A DNA stretch of 64,000 bases from Bacteroidales bacterium (GCA_035530515.1 DATKUO010000223.1:686-64685), one strand, 5' to 3'. Shown: positions 37,230 through 48,150, counted from the stretch's first letter. Numbers and translations: made by a program. Notes: a model not told the origin generated them from the sequence alone.

Positions 37230-38372
37230 ATGCAAAGAATCATTTACATATTCTTCTTTTCTTTTTTTATGGTCTTGTCATTAAACGCTCAAGTACAAGA
37301 CAGCCTGAGTTTCAAAGGTCAGCTCTCAACATGGATGCTCTACAATGGTGGTAACGATCTACCTGTTTATATGGGTGGAAGATATATTCCTCAATTGAAT
37401 TATGATTTACAGTTTCAAAAAGACAGACATATTGATTTTGAGGCTTCATTTAATATTATCGGAAGCGCTGGATTTAATCCATTTGACTCAATAAGATCTG
37501 ATGGTCAAATTAAACCCTATAGACTATGGGCAAGGTATTCATCAAGACAATTTGAGATTCGCGCAGGACTGCAAAAAATAAATTTTGGATCGGCATCACT
37601 TTTGCGGCCACTCATGTGGTTCGACCAGGTTGACCCACGCGACCCTTTACACCTGACAGATGGCGTATTGGGTGTTTTAGGCAGATATTACTTTCTTAAT
37701 AACGCAAATATATGGTTTTGGGGGCTTTACGGCAATAAAGATCCGAAAGGTTGGGAATTTGCCGGTACAAACAGCCATTATCCTGAAATCGGGGGAAGGA
37801 TTCAGGTACCTGTACCTGCAGGTGAAGCTGCTATATCTTATCATCACCGGATCGCTGATACCAGGAACCTGAATGATTTAATTCCGCAATATGGTGAGAT
37901 CAGTGAGAACAGAATTGGTTTCGACATTAAGCTTGACCTGGTTATAGGATTCTGGCTTGAAGGTTCTTGGGTAATAATGAACAAAGAGCTTGGAATGTTT
38001 ACCAATCAGGAAATTCTTAATACAGGTATCGATTACACATTTGGAATAGGAAATGGATTAAATGTCGTTTATGAACAATTACTTGCAGCCAATGACGAAA
38101 AAGCATTTAGTTTTCAGAATACTACATCGTTTTCTCTGTTTTCTCTTTCTTATCCGGTAGGTCTTTTTGACAATATCAGGGGCATAGTATATTACGACTG
38201 GAAAAACAGGAATGCTTATAACTTTATAAATTGGCAAAAACAATTTAAAAATGTAACTTTATATCTGATGGGATACTGGAACCCTGAGAAATACAATATA
38301 CCTACTCAGGGTAGTGATCAAAACCTATTTGCCGGGAAAGGCATTCAAATTATGCTTGTATTGAATCATTAA
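37230..38372 (+). CDS. Hypothetical outer-membrane beta-barrel protein
   Basis: 380 aa. It has a signal peptide (SLNAQ) and an alternating aromatic/glycine-rich beta-strand pattern, and is the first gene of the ABC/LolA-like cluster. Confidence 0.4.
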   Translation: MQRIIYIFFFSFFMVLSLNAQVQDSLSFKGQLSTWMLYNGGNDLPVYMGGRYIPQLNYDLQFQKDRHIDFEASFNIIGSAGFNPFDSIRSDGQIKPYRLWARYSSRQFEIRAGLQKINFGSASLLRPLMWFDQVDPRDPLHLTDGVLGVLGRYYFLNNANIWFWGLYGNKDPKGWEFAGTNSHYPEIGGRIQVPVPAGEAAISYHHRIADTRNLNDLIPQYGEISENRIGFDIKLDLVIGFWLEGSWVIMNKELGMFTNQEILNTGIDYTFGIGNGLNVVYEQLLAANDEKAFSFQNTTSFSLFSLSYPVGLFDNIRGIVYYDWKNRNAYNFINWQKQFKNVTLYLMGYWNPEKYNIPTQGSDQNLFAGKGIQIMLVLNH

Positions 38373-38382
38373 AATAAAATCA

Positions 38383-39090
38383 ATGGAAAATTCTTCAATC
38401 ATTAAAATTGAAAAGCTTATCAAACGATTCCCGGTAGGGAAAACCGAATTTACAGCTCTTAATAACCTCAATATAAAATTTGGTTCTGGTGAGTTTGCAG
38501 GTCTTGTTGGACCCAGCGGATCAGGAAAAACAACACTCCTGAACATTATTGGTTCTCTTGATTCACCTTCAGAAGGAGAGGTTGATGTGCTCAACAGATC
38601 AATCTCCTCACTAAGCCATAAACAATCTGCAAGACTCAGAAACAGACATATCGGTTTCATTTTTCAGACATATAACCTCCTGCCAGTATACACGGTTTAT
38701 GAAAATGTTGAATTTGCATTACTATTACAGAATCTTTCCGGTTCAGAAAGAAAAAAAGCGGTGATGGATGCTCTTGAATGGGTTGGCCTTACCGATAAGA
38801 TAAAATCAAAACCTTCAATGTTGTCGGGTGGTGAATGCCAGCGTGTGGCCATCGCCCGATCGATGGTAAAAAGGCCCGAAATTGTGCTTGCTGACGAACC
38901 AACAGCAAACCTCGACTCAAAAAACTCCCATCATATCCTCCAGACAATGAAAAGTCTGAACCGGGAACTTAATACTACTTTCATATTTGCCACCCATGAT
39001 GAGAAGGTGATGCAATATCTTAACCGTATCATCTCACTGGAAGATGGTAAAGTTGTGAAAGATGAACTTATCCCGAACTCAAAAAATTAA
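38383..39090 (+). CDS. ABC transporter ATP-binding protein (LolD/MacB-type)
   Basis: Walker A is GPSGSGKTT, the signature is LSGGECQRVAIARS, and Walker B is VLADEPT. Confidence 0.9.
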   Translation: MENSSIIKIEKLIKRFPVGKTEFTALNNLNIKFGSGEFAGLVGPSGSGKTTLLNIIGSLDSPSEGEVDVLNRSISSLSHKQSARLRNRHIGFIFQTYNLLPVYTVYENVEFALLLQNLSGSERKKAVMDALEWVGLTDKIKSKPSMLSGGECQRVAIARSMVKRPEIVLADEPTANLDSKNSHHILQTMKSLNRELNTTFIFATHDEKVMQYLNRIISLEDGKVVKDELIPNSKN

Positions 39091-39094
39091 AAAT

Positions 39095-40267
39095 ATGTTA
39101 GCATTAAAATTAGCATTTAAAAACCTGATGGGCGCGGGTTTGCGAACCTGGCTCAATGTCTCGGTCCTCTCTTTCGCTTTTGTCCTTATCATATTTTATA
39201 ACGGGATGATCGACGGATGGAACAGGCAGAGTCGCATCGATACCCAGGCATGGGAGACAGGAGAAGGGCAATTCTGGCATCCGGAGTACGATCGTTATGA
39301 CGCTTATACTATCAGGGATTCACACTCCCTAATGTCGGAAGAGATACAGTCTGAGATTGTAAAGAAGAACCTTGTACCTGTACTTATAGCCCAGGCAACA
39401 GCTTTTCCTCAGGGAAGAATGCAGGGTGTTACTCTCAGGGGTATAGATCCTGATCAGACTGTTCTTGAATTGCCAACTGCCACGCTGGCTGCATCGGATG
39501 ATAATTATTATGCGATAATTGGTAAAAGGATGGCTGAATCAGCAAAAATAGGAGTTGGCGACAAACTTCTGATCCGGTGGCGCGATAATAACGGGACTTT
39601 TGATGCCCTTGAAATCGAGATAGCCTCTGTATTCAAATCTGACGTACCTACTGTCGACAGAGGCCAAATTTACCTTCGCCTTGAAGTTCTTCAGAAAATG
39701 ATGGGAATGGGAAATGAGGCCACTTTACTAGTAGCTGGCAAGAATTTTCTTTACAAAGATCTTAATAACTGGGAGTTCAAGGACCAGAGCTTTCTTTTGG
39801 CAGATATGGATAAAATCATCCAGGCAAAAAAGGCAGGAGGATCTATAATGCAGGGTCTATTACTGATTATTGCACTGATAGCAATATTCGATACCCAGGT
39901 TTTATCAATATTCCGCAGGCAGAAAGAGATCGGAACCTATATAGCATTAGGTATGACACGCTCACAGGTAGTCGGTATTTTTACCATCGAAGGCGGGGCC
40001 CACAGTATTTTAGCTGTATTGGTGGGAGCCGTTTATGGGATACCGCTATTATTGTGGCTCAATAAAGTTGGTATTTCGATGGGTTACGCTGAAGATATGC
40101 AAATTGACATTCCCCTGGCTGAAGCAATATATCCGTACTATAGCCTGCAACTTATTATCATAACAATTATTCTTGTGGTCATATCAGCAACAATTGTAAG
40201 TTATCTGCCTGCCCGCAAAATTTCAACAATGAAACCAACAGATGCACTTAAAGGAAAACTACAATGA
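39095..40267 (+). CDS. ABC transporter permease, FtsX/MacB-type
   Basis: The preferred start is the ATG at 39095, immediately after the upstream stop; the track ORF starts at 39062. It has an N-terminal TM, a large periplasmic domain and a C-terminal FtsX-like three-helix bundle. Confidence 0.8.
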   Translation: MLALKLAFKNLMGAGLRTWLNVSVLSFAFVLIIFYNGMIDGWNRQSRIDTQAWETGEGQFWHPEYDRYDAYTIRDSHSLMSEEIQSEIVKKNLVPVLIAQATAFPQGRMQGVTLRGIDPDQTVLELPTATLAASDDNYYAIIGKRMAESAKIGVGDKLLIRWRDNNGTFDALEIEIASVFKSDVPTVDRGQIYLRLEVLQKMMGMGNEATLLVAGKNFLYKDLNNWEFKDQSFLLADMDKIIQAKKAGGSIMQGLLLIIALIAIFDTQVLSIFRRQKEIGTYIALGMTRSQVVGIFTIEGGAHSILAVLVGAVYGIPLLLWLNKVGISMGYAEDMQIDIPLAEAIYPYYSLQLIIITIILVVISATIVSYLPARKISTMKPTDALKGKLQ

Positions 40268-41538
40268 TAAAATTTATATTTAAAGGAATTATAAGAGACA
40301 AAAGCCGAAGCCTGTTACCGGTAATTGTTGTCGCCCTGGGCGTATTTCTGACTGTGTTTATGAGTGGGTTTTTAAGAGGTGTTTTCAATGATATGACAGA
40401 ACTAAACGCGAAATTTACAACTGGTCATGTAAAAATACTCACCCGCGCCTATGCTGAAAATGAAAACCAGGTGCCTAATGATCTGGCATTAATGGATGTG
40501 AAAGAACTGATAAGTCAGCTTTGTATTGATTACCCTGATATGGAATGGGTTGAAAGGATACATACCGGAGGATTATTGGATGTTCCGGACGAATCGGGTG
40601 AAACAAGGGAACAGGGCCAGGCTATCGGAACAGCTGTGGATATGCTCTCACCCGGCACCCATGAGTTGGAACGTATGAACATTCAAAAATCATTAGTAAA
40701 AGGCTCATTACCAGCGAAACAGGGTGAAGCACTAATCAGTGATGATTTTGCCGAAAGATTCGGCGTAACTATTGGTGATGATGTGACCCTGTTTGGTTCA
40801 ACCATGAACGGAAGCATGATGTTTAAAACTTTTGTGGTTAGCGGAACTATAAGATTTGGCTCAACAGTTCTTGATCGTGGAGCTATTTTTATGGATATTC
40901 GTGATGCACAGATGGCTCTTGATATGGACAATGCGGCCAGTGAAATACTTGGGTATTTTAAGAGTGGCACATACGATGACCTCAAAGCACAACAGGTTCA
41001 GAAGTCGTTCAATGCAAAATATAGTTTGGAAGATGATGAGTTTTCGCCCCAGATGACCAGACTTGTTGAGCAGGAGGGTTTAGGTGATTACCTGACATTG
41101 GCCGAAAGTATGAGTTCTATTATGGTGTTCATTTTTGTGATCGCTATGTCTATAGTATTGTGGAATACCGGACTGCTTGGAGGCCTGAGAAGGTACAGTG
41201 AATTTGGAGTCCGCCTTGCTTTGGGGGAAGAGAAGAATCATATATATAAAACCACAATATATGAGGCAATACTGATAGGTATTATAGGATCTGTCATTGG
41301 TACTGCACTGGGATTAGGAGCAGCTTTTTACCTGCAGACCCATGGCTGGGATATCTCTGCCCTTCTTAAAAATATCGGCATGATGCTCCCTTCCGTTTAC
41401 AGGGCGAAGGTAACGCCTGATCTGTTCTATATCGGTTTCTTCCCCGGAGTGATAGCGACAGTTCTTGGGAGCGCTTTGGCAGGTTTTGCTATTTATAAAA
41501 GAAAAACAGCACAGCTGTTTCATGAACTTGAAGTATAA
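40264..41538 (+). CDS. ABC transporter permease, FtsX/MacB-type (second copy)
   Basis: 424 aa with the same topology as the preceding permease and a 4-nt overlap with it. Confidence 0.8.
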   Translation: MIKFIFKGIIRDKSRSLLPVIVVALGVFLTVFMSGFLRGVFNDMTELNAKFTTGHVKILTRAYAENENQVPNDLALMDVKELISQLCIDYPDMEWVERIHTGGLLDVPDESGETREQGQAIGTAVDMLSPGTHELERMNIQKSLVKGSLPAKQGEALISDDFAERFGVTIGDDVTLFGSTMNGSMMFKTFVVSGTIRFGSTVLDRGAIFMDIRDAQMALDMDNAASEILGYFKSGTYDDLKAQQVQKSFNAKYSLEDDEFSPQMTRLVEQEGLGDYLTLAESMSSIMVFIFVIAMSIVLWNTGLLGGLRRYSEFGVRLALGEEKNHIYKTTIYEAILIGIIGSVIGTALGLGAAFYLQTHGWDISALLKNIGMMLPSVYRAKVTPDLFYIGFFPGVIATVLGSALAGFAIYKRKTAQLFHELEV

Positions 41539-41597
41539 ACAGCTTCGGATAAGGAAGCAGAACATTAAGGATCAGATTTAAATCTAAAATTTTAAGA

Positions 41598-42332
41598 ATG
41601 AAAAGAATAATAGTACTAATTGCATCGGCAATATTCTTAATGAGTTTTGCATACCCTGATGCAAATGAAATATTGGATAAAGTTGATAAGAACATGTCGT
41701 CAAAAAACAGGGTTTTTGTATCGGAAATGATTATTCACGGACGTCGTACCATCCGAACAATAACATCTATCTCATATTCGGTTGGCGATAAACAATCCTT
41801 CACTGAATATCTCAGCCCTGCCCGCGAGCAGGGTACGAAGATGTTGAAGCTGGAAAATCAGTTATGGATATATTCACCCTCAACCGACCGTACTATTCAA
41901 ATCTCGGGGCATATGCTACGTCAATCAGTTATGGGATCAGACCTTTCCTATGAAGATATGATGGATGACAGGAAACTTACTGAGATCTACTCGGCAAAAA
42001 TTACAGGTAATGAGACAATTGACGGCAGAAATACTTATGTCCTGGAGCTGATTGCCAAAGTTGATAATGCAACATATCATTCCCAGAAAATATGGGTTGA
42101 TACCGAACGCTTTGTTCCCCTTAAGCAGGAGATGTTTGCAAAGAGTGGTCAGCTGCTTAAACGCACTACACTTACTGATGTAAAACAGGTGCAGGGCCGC
42201 TGGTTTCCAATGAGTATTGTTTATAAAGATGTACTAAAGGATGGAAAAGGAACAGAGTTCAGAATGACAAGTGTAAAATTTGACCAGAATATTCCTGATT
42301 ATATCTTTACCAAGGCTGCACTGAAACAATAA
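41598..42332 (+). CDS. LolA-like outer-membrane lipoprotein-sorting/carrier family protein
   Basis: 244 aa with a signal peptide and beta-rich sequence. Its size and its position after the FtsX permeases match the LolA-like family as I recall it. No search was run. Confidence 0.5.
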   Translation: MKRIIVLIASAIFLMSFAYPDANEILDKVDKNMSSKNRVFVSEMIIHGRRTIRTITSISYSVGDKQSFTEYLSPAREQGTKMLKLENQLWIYSPSTDRTIQISGHMLRQSVMGSDLSYEDMMDDRKLTEIYSAKITGNETIDGRNTYVLELIAKVDNATYHSQKIWVDTERFVPLKQEMFAKSGQLLKRTTLTDVKQVQGRWFPMSIVYKDVLKDGKGTEFRMTSVKFDQNIPDYIFTKAALKQ

Positions 42333-42406
42333 GAGAGGCATGCGGCTTGCGGTATTGGGGTATGAAGCCTCTAAAGCATTTACAGACTTTAAAGACTCTA
42401 CTGCCT

Positions 42407-43120
42407 TCATACCAGCAGTTCCATCTCCTCATCATCTCTGACCTCAACCAGTTTGCCATCCTCGCATTTTAACGTCCTCGCTGTGAATTTTTTCAGAAGC
42501 GTATAGTTATGAGTGGCCATTATAACTGCTCTGCCTGTTTTGCTGATATCTATTAAAAGGTTGATAATTCCTTCTGAGGTCTCAGGATCAAGATTGCCCG
42601 TTGGTTCATCGGCAAGGACAATATCAGGGTCATTCAGTAGTGCCCTGCTTATAACTACACGTTGTTGTTCCCCTCCTGACAGTTGATGAGGCATCTTATA
42701 ACCTTTTCGTCCAAGACCAACTTTTTCCAGAACTTCGTCAATCCTAATATCTATTTCTTTCTTGTTTTTCCACCCTGTTGCTTTTAAAACAAATTCAAGA
42801 TTCTCATTAACTGATCTGTCAATAAGTAATTGAAAATCCTGAAAAACGATTCCGATTTTTCTTCGCAGATAAGGGACCTCTTTCCTTTTTAATTTTGATA
42901 AGTTATATCCGGCAATAATTCCAATGCCTTCTTTTAGAGGAATTTGAGCGTTTAGGGTTTTTATCAGACTAGATTTTCCGCTGCCGACTCTTCCTACAAG
43001 GTAAACAAATTCACCCTTGCCGACACTAAGATTTACATTTGAAAGGACAAGATGATCCTGCTGCCATATAGTACAGTTTGTCAGTTCAATAATTACATCC
43101 AGTGGAAGATTCTCCTGCAT
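42407..43120 (-). CDS. ftsE: Cell-division ABC ATPase FtsE-like
   Basis: 237 aa. Walker A is GRVGSGKSS, followed by FQDFQLL, the signature [14 protein letters not shown], and Walker [12 protein letters not shown]. Confidence 0.7.
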   Translation of the reverse strand: MQENLPLDVIIELTNCTIWQQDHLVLSNVNLSVGKGEFVYLVGRVGSGKSSLIKTLNAQIPLKEGIGIIAGYNLSKLKRKEVPYLRRKIGIVFQDFQLLIDRSVNENLEFVLKATGWKNKKEIDIRIDEVLEKVGLGRKGYKMPHQLSGGEQQRVVISRALLNDPDIVLADEPTGNLDPETSEGIINLLIDISKTGRAVIMATHNYTLLKKFTARTLKCEDGKLVEVRDDEEMELLV

Positions 43121-43357
43121 ATAATGGTTATTTAATGCGCAAAATAATGAAAGAATTGATAATTAACATTTATATGTTGATAAAATCAGTAATAAAGCCC
43201 GGTTGCTGGCGTTTAATAATTGTAATTTTACGGTTAATTAGAAAAAAGAGCAAGTATTACATATGGCTTACAGTTAGTATGTTATATGCTTACATGAATT
43301 TCAAAACGCATTAAGCATCTGATTGTACCAATTGTAAATGGCCAAAAAAAATAAGTT

Positions 43358-46300
43358 ATGAACAGAAACAGATTAATTTTAATATTCAGTTTTCTTTTTA
43401 TTTCCCTCATTCAGATATCATCTCAGGCACTTTTTCTTGGAAAAGAGGTTGGTTCTGAATTTAACAGAGGGATGGAATTATTCAATAAGCAGAAATATCC
43501 GGCATCAATACGTCTATTCGATTCTTTCATTAATAGTGGAGAGGAATCTAATCTGATCCTTGTTGCTGAGGCTGAATATTATGGCGCAATTGCTGCTCTT
43601 AAGGTTTTTAATCCGGATGGTGAATACAGGATGATAAAGTACATTTCGACTCATCCCGAAAGCTCCAGGATAAATGATGCATGGTTGGAATTAGGCGACT
43701 ATTTTTATCAGAATAAAAATTACAGAAAAGCTGTAACCTATTATGAGAATGTGAACAGGCAGGAATTGGAATCGGAACAACTGGCAGAATATTTTTTCAG
43801 ATTGGGATATTCTCTTTATATAAGGAGGGATAAAAGCAGGGCGCTTCTTATGTTTTCTGAGATTAAAGATATTGATACTGAATATACTCCACCGGCTGTT
43901 TACTATTTTTCGCAAATTGCCTACGAACAAAAGATGTATCAGACTGCCATGGATGGGTTCTTACGTCTGAAAGAAGATGAAACATTCGGAAATGTTGTCC
44001 CGTTCTATATTGTTCAGATTTTGTATCTGCAAAAAGATTATGATGGGGTCCTTTCCATAGCTCCTGATCTTCTTAATTCTGCCGGGAAGGCGAGGGCTGT
44101 TGAGCTGTATAGATTCATTGGTGATGCTTATTATAATAAAGGAAATTATAAGGAGGCTTTAACTTATCTTGAAAAGTTTTCTTCAGGATCACGGGTTAGC
44201 GCACGGGAGGATAAATACCAGCTTGGATATTGTTATTATAAAACCGGAGAGATTAATAAGGCCATTAAAATTTTCCTGGAAATAGGGGCAAAAAATGACC
44301 TTCTGAGTCAGAATATATGGAATCTGCTTGGCGACTGCTATCTGCAAAAGGGCGATAAAAAGCGTTCACAGTTTGGTTTTGGCGAAGCTTCAAAAATGAA
44401 TTTTGATAAAAAAATTAAGGAGGAGGCGCTGTTTAACTATGCCAAACTGACTTATGAAACATCTTATTCACCCTTTGGAGAGACAATTGCGGCTCTACAG
44501 GAATATATTGACCTCTATCCCGGGTCAGAGAGAATACAGGAGGTATATGATTACCTGGTAGGTACATTTACACAACTGAAAAACTACAATGCCGCTCTAT
44601 TATCTCTCGATAAGATATCGAATAAGGATCAAAGGTTGGAAGAAGCATATCAGAGAGTATCATTTTTCAGGGGATTAGAGCTATTTAATAATATGGAGCT
44701 TGAAGCCTCAATCGATATGTTTGATAAATCACTCAAGTATGAAAAGTATGACAGATCAATAAGGGCAAGAGCTATTTACTGGAGGGGAGAAGCATGGTAT
44801 CGTCTGGCAAATTACGATAAAGCAAAAAGTGATTATGAGTTGTTTATGGGAATACCCGGTTCAATGCTTCTAAGTGAACACAATCTTGTAAGATATAACC
44901 TTGGTTATGCCCTCTTTAATCTCAAAGACTATTCTAATGCCATTAATCATCTTAAAACATTTGAATCGGGGGTGACAAATGTAAAACCTGAAATACTAGC
45001 TGATGCAAAGAACAGAATTGCTGACTGCTACTATATCGCGACCAATTATCCTATGGCAATAAGTTACTACGATAAGGTTATTGACTACGGGTATCTCGAT
45101 GCTGATTATGCTATGTTCCAAAAGGGTTTTTCGCTGGGACTTACCAATAATGGCAAGGGTAAAGTTGATGTTCTCACATCCCTGGTTGAGAAATTTCCGA
45201 CTTCATCATATGTACCTGGTGCAATATTCGAAAGGGGAAGGGCATACCTTGTGATGGAGGACTACGGAAGGGGAGAGACAGATTTTAAAACTGTGATTAC
45301 TTCTTATCCGACCAGTCCTCTTGTTCCGCAGGCTATGGTACAGCTAGGCCTTCTTTATTACAACCTTGGTGAAAATCAGAAAGCAATTGAACAATTTAAA
45401 AAGGTTGTGAATAATTTCAAATCTACAGATGAAGCCCGGGCTGCAATGACTGGATTGCGGAATACCTATGTCGATATTAATGATGTGGAGGCCTATTTTG
45501 TATATATTAAGTCACTCGATGGTTATAGTGATGTAAATATGGCTGAGAAAGATTCCCTTCTTTATACATCAGGGGAAAATCTATATATAACTGCCAGATA
45601 TGATGAATCATCTAAAGTCTTTCAGAACTATCTTAATGAATTTCCTAATGGCAGTTTCAGGGAAAATGCAAAGTATTATCTTGCAGAGAGCCTTAAAGCA
45701 ACTGGCAAAGCCGATGAAGCTCTGAAAATTTTTATAGAATTATCCGATGAATCAAATAGTCAATACATTGAACAGTCGCTGCTGGCTTCTTCCTCACTGC
45801 TTTTTGAAAATGAAGATTATGAAACATCACTCATTTATTATGAAAGGCTGGAGAGAGCAGCAATTAATGCAGGAACTAAACTTATCGCTCTAAAAGGGGA
45901 GCTGAGGTCGGCATACCAGGCAGGTGATGCACAAAAGACAATTGTTGCGGCAGGTAAAATTACAAACTCCTCAGATATTTCAGAAGAGCTGTTTCGGGAG
46001 GCAATTTTTATGAGTGCAAAAGCAAATTATAGTCTTAATAATTTTGATGAAGCACTTAGAGACTTCCGAAAGGTTGCCACTGAAGTAACCAGTATAGAAG
46101 GAGCAGAGTCCAAGTTCAGGGTGGCTGAACTGTTAAACCAGAAAGGTTTAACAGCTGAATCAGAGAAGATTATTACAGAGTTCATAGACCAGAATACACC
46201 ACACCAATACTGGATGGCAAGAATGTTTCTGCTTCTGTCAGATATAAGTCTGAAAAAAGGTGACACACTACAGGCAAGAGCAACACTTCAGAGTCTTAAA

Positions 46301-46378
46301 GATTATTATTCCATCGACAATGACGGAATACTCGATGAGGTAAACGCCAAACTTGATTCTCTGAACGAAATGAAGTAA
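43358..46378 (+). CDS. Large exported tetratricopeptide-repeat protein
   Basis: 1006 aa. It has a signal peptide and many TPR-like A/Y/L-spaced 34-aa repeats (e.g. YYGAIAALK, GDYFYQNKNYRKAVTYYE). Confidence 0.8.
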   Translation: MNRNRLILIFSFLFISLIQISSQALFLGKEVGSEFNRGMELFNKQKYPASIRLFDSFINSGEESNLILVAEAEYYGAIAALKVFNPDGEYRMIKYISTHPESSRINDAWLELGDYFYQNKNYRKAVTYYENVNRQELESEQLAEYFFRLGYSLYIRRDKSRALLMFSEIKDIDTEYTPPAVYYFSQIAYEQKMYQTAMDGFLRLKEDETFGNVVPFYIVQILYLQKDYDGVLSIAPDLLNSAGKARAVELYRFIGDAYYNKGNYKEALTYLEKFSSGSRVSAREDKYQLGYCYYKTGEINKAIKIFLEIGAKNDLLSQNIWNLLGDCYLQKGDKKRSQFGFGEASKMNFDKKIKEEALFNYAKLTYETSYSPFGETIAALQEYIDLYPGSERIQEVYDYLVGTFTQLKNYNAALLSLDKISNKDQRLEEAYQRVSFFRGLELFNNMELEASIDMFDKSLKYEKYDRSIRARAIYWRGEAWYRLANYDKAKSDYELFMGIPGSMLLSEHNLVRYNLGYALFNLKDYSNAINHLKTFESGVTNVKPEILADAKNRIADCYYIATNYPMAISYYDKVIDYGYLDADYAMFQKGFSLGLTNNGKGKVDVLTSLVEKFPTSSYVPGAIFERGRAYLVMEDYGRGETDFKTVITSYPTSPLVPQAMVQLGLLYYNLGENQKAIEQFKKVVNNFKSTDEARAAMTGLRNTYVDINDVEAYFVYIKSLDGYSDVNMAEKDSLLYTSGENLYITARYDESSKVFQNYLNEFPNGSFRENAKYYLAESLKATGKADEALKIFIELSDESNSQYIEQSLLASSSLLFENEDYETSLIYYERLERAAINAGTKLIALKGELRSAYQAGDAQKTIVAAGKITNSSDISEELFREAIFMSAKANYSLNNFDEALRDFRKVATEVTSIEGAESKFRVAELLNQKGLTAESEKIITEFIDQNTPHQYWMARMFLLLSDISLKKGDTLQARATLQSLKDYYSIDNDGILDEVNAKLDSLNEMK

Positions 46379-46449
46379 TGAACAGTACAGGAAACAGATT
46401 CTATGATAGCGAATATTTAGTGAAAATATGAAAAAGAAATAGATTTGAC

Positions 46450-48150
46450 ATGATAAAGAGAAATATTATTATAGCAGCCCTCATTCTTTTCAATCTTTTA
46501 CCATCAATAGCACAGGTTGTGAAAAAGGAAATGGATATGAAAAGAGAGGTTACCCTATACAATCCTTACAAACCATCTCTTCCTGAGGTAAAAAAGAGGA
46601 GTTATCTGGCCGATATGAAAGATACTATGAAGATCAGACATGACTTCCGGTATGATATCAAGACAGTCCCTTTTCTTCCGGTATATACTATTAGTCCTAT
46701 AAAGGCAGCTGCATTAATGCCAGATCCATTGCCAAAGCTTTACAGAAGTTATATTAATATTGGTTTAGGCAATTATATCACCCCACTGGCTGAAATAAGT
46801 ATTACAAATGAGCGATCGAAAAAGGGAGCAATAGGTTTCTATGTCCGGCATTTATCATCTAGCGGAAAAGTTGAACTACAGAATAACAAGAAGGTTTTTG
46901 CAGGGTATATGGATAACGATGTCTCTCTCTTTGGTAAAAAATTCTTTAGGAAAGACCTCTTTGAAAGTTCAGTGGATTTCATTCAAAAGACCAGATATGC
47001 TTATGGCTACGATACGAGCATTGTTGATTACTCTTCTGAAAAAAAGGAGATCAGATTGCCATATTATAATATTGGGGCAAAAGCTTCTTTATCGTCATTA
47101 ACAGTTGATTCTACAATCTTCTCTTATGATTTCGACATCTACTATAATTTTTTCTATAATGCAAGAAACTTGTTTCAACATAATGCAGGATTCAGTGGAA
47201 CAATGGCAAAATCCTATAAAGGATTCTATGTTGGATCAGACATAGGGTATGATTTTTACCGGATTTCTGATTCAATCTTAACAACACCTGAATACATTGC
47301 TTCAATAAGTCCTTTCTTAAAAAAGAGTACAGAACAGTGGAGCTTTAAGCTTGGGTTCCAGGCATTGATTGATAAAAATATGACTGCATCGCCGGAGTTA
47401 AATATTTACCCTGATATTTCTTTCAGTTTTAATATTGTACCGTCATATGTCAACTTCTTTGCCGCATTGTCAGGTAAGCTTGAAAAGAATGTGCCATTGA
47501 AAATAATTTCTGAAAATCCTTATTTGCTCCGTAACGGATCTCTTTTTACTTTACCCAATACCGATCATGAGTTGATAGTTTCTGCAGGGTTGAAGGGAAA
47601 TACCGGAATTGGTGGAAACTACATAGTATCGGCTTCATATTCACTTATTAGCGATATGATTTTCTACTCAAATCTAGTCTTCACTGATGATTTATTTGCT
47701 CCCGCCTTAGGTAACTATTTTTTACCTATTACCGACGACGCTGAAATTCTTAATATTCATGGCGAAATGAGGGGAGCTATAAATGATAAACTATCGTTTA
47801 ATGGTGTTGCAAATTTGTATAGATATACGCTTGCTGTAAATGATTTTGCCTGGAATAAACCAGGCTGGGATGGGAGATTTGGTTTAAAGTATAACCTGAG
47901 AGATAAAATTATTGCCGGGATGGAAATAACAGCTCAGGGTAAACGCAAACTGGTAGTCACCGGTGATCCTAATCTTCTGTATGAAACGACTGCCCATTTA
48001 AATATAAATCTCAGTGCTGAATATAGATATTCTAAAATACTCTCATTCTGGACGAAATTTAATAACATCTCATACAATCGCTACTATGAATGGGCCTACT
48101 ATCCTTCACAGAGATTCCTTTGTATGATAGGGTTTACATACAGCCTGTAA
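46450..48150 (+). CDS. Hypothetical outer-membrane beta-barrel (putative porin-like) protein
   Basis: 566 aa. It has a signal peptide (PSIAQ), abundant short amphipathic beta-strand patterns, and a C-terminal aromatic-rich end (IGFTYSL). Confidence 0.4.
   Translation: MIKRNIIIAALILFNLLPSIAQVVKKEMDMKREVTLYNPYKPSLPEVKKRSYLADMKDTMKIRHDFRYDIKTVPFLPVYTISPIKAAALMPDPLPKLYRSYINIGLGNYITPLAEISITNERSKKGAIGFYVRHLSSSGKVELQNNKKVFAGYMDNDVSLFGKKFFRKDLFESSVDFIQKTRYAYGYDTSIVDYSSEKKEIRLPYYNIGAKASLSSLTVDSTIFSYDFDIYYNFFYNARNLFQHNAGFSGTMAKSYKGFYVGSDIGYDFYRISDSILTTPEYIASISPFLKKSTEQWSFKLGFQALIDKNMTASPELNIYPDISFSFNIVPSYVNFFAALSGKLEKNVPLKIISENPYLLRNGSLFTLPNTDHELIVSAGLKGNTGIGGNYIVSASYSLISDMIFYSNLVFTDDLFAPALGNYFLPITDDAEILNIHGEMRGAINDKLSFNGVANLYRYTLAVNDFAWNKPGWDGRFGLKYNLRDKIIAGMEITAQGKRKLVVTGDPNLLYETTAHLNINLSAEYRYSKILSFWTKFNNISYNRYYEWAYYPSQRFLCMIGFTYSL

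Noticed and set aside
39062-39094. The track start of the first FtsX permease, which overlaps the ATPase gene by 29 nt.
   Set aside because: An in-frame ATG at 39095, immediately after the upstream stop, gives a typical N-terminus (MLALKLAFKNLMGAGLRTW). The longer version adds an unlikely hydrophilic extension.
43102-43314. A 70-aa ORF in the ftsE/TPR divergent intergenic region.
   Set aside because: It begins inside the ftsE coding region on the opposite strand and has a low-complexity I/L/K/Y composition with no motifs. The region is better explained as a promoter region.
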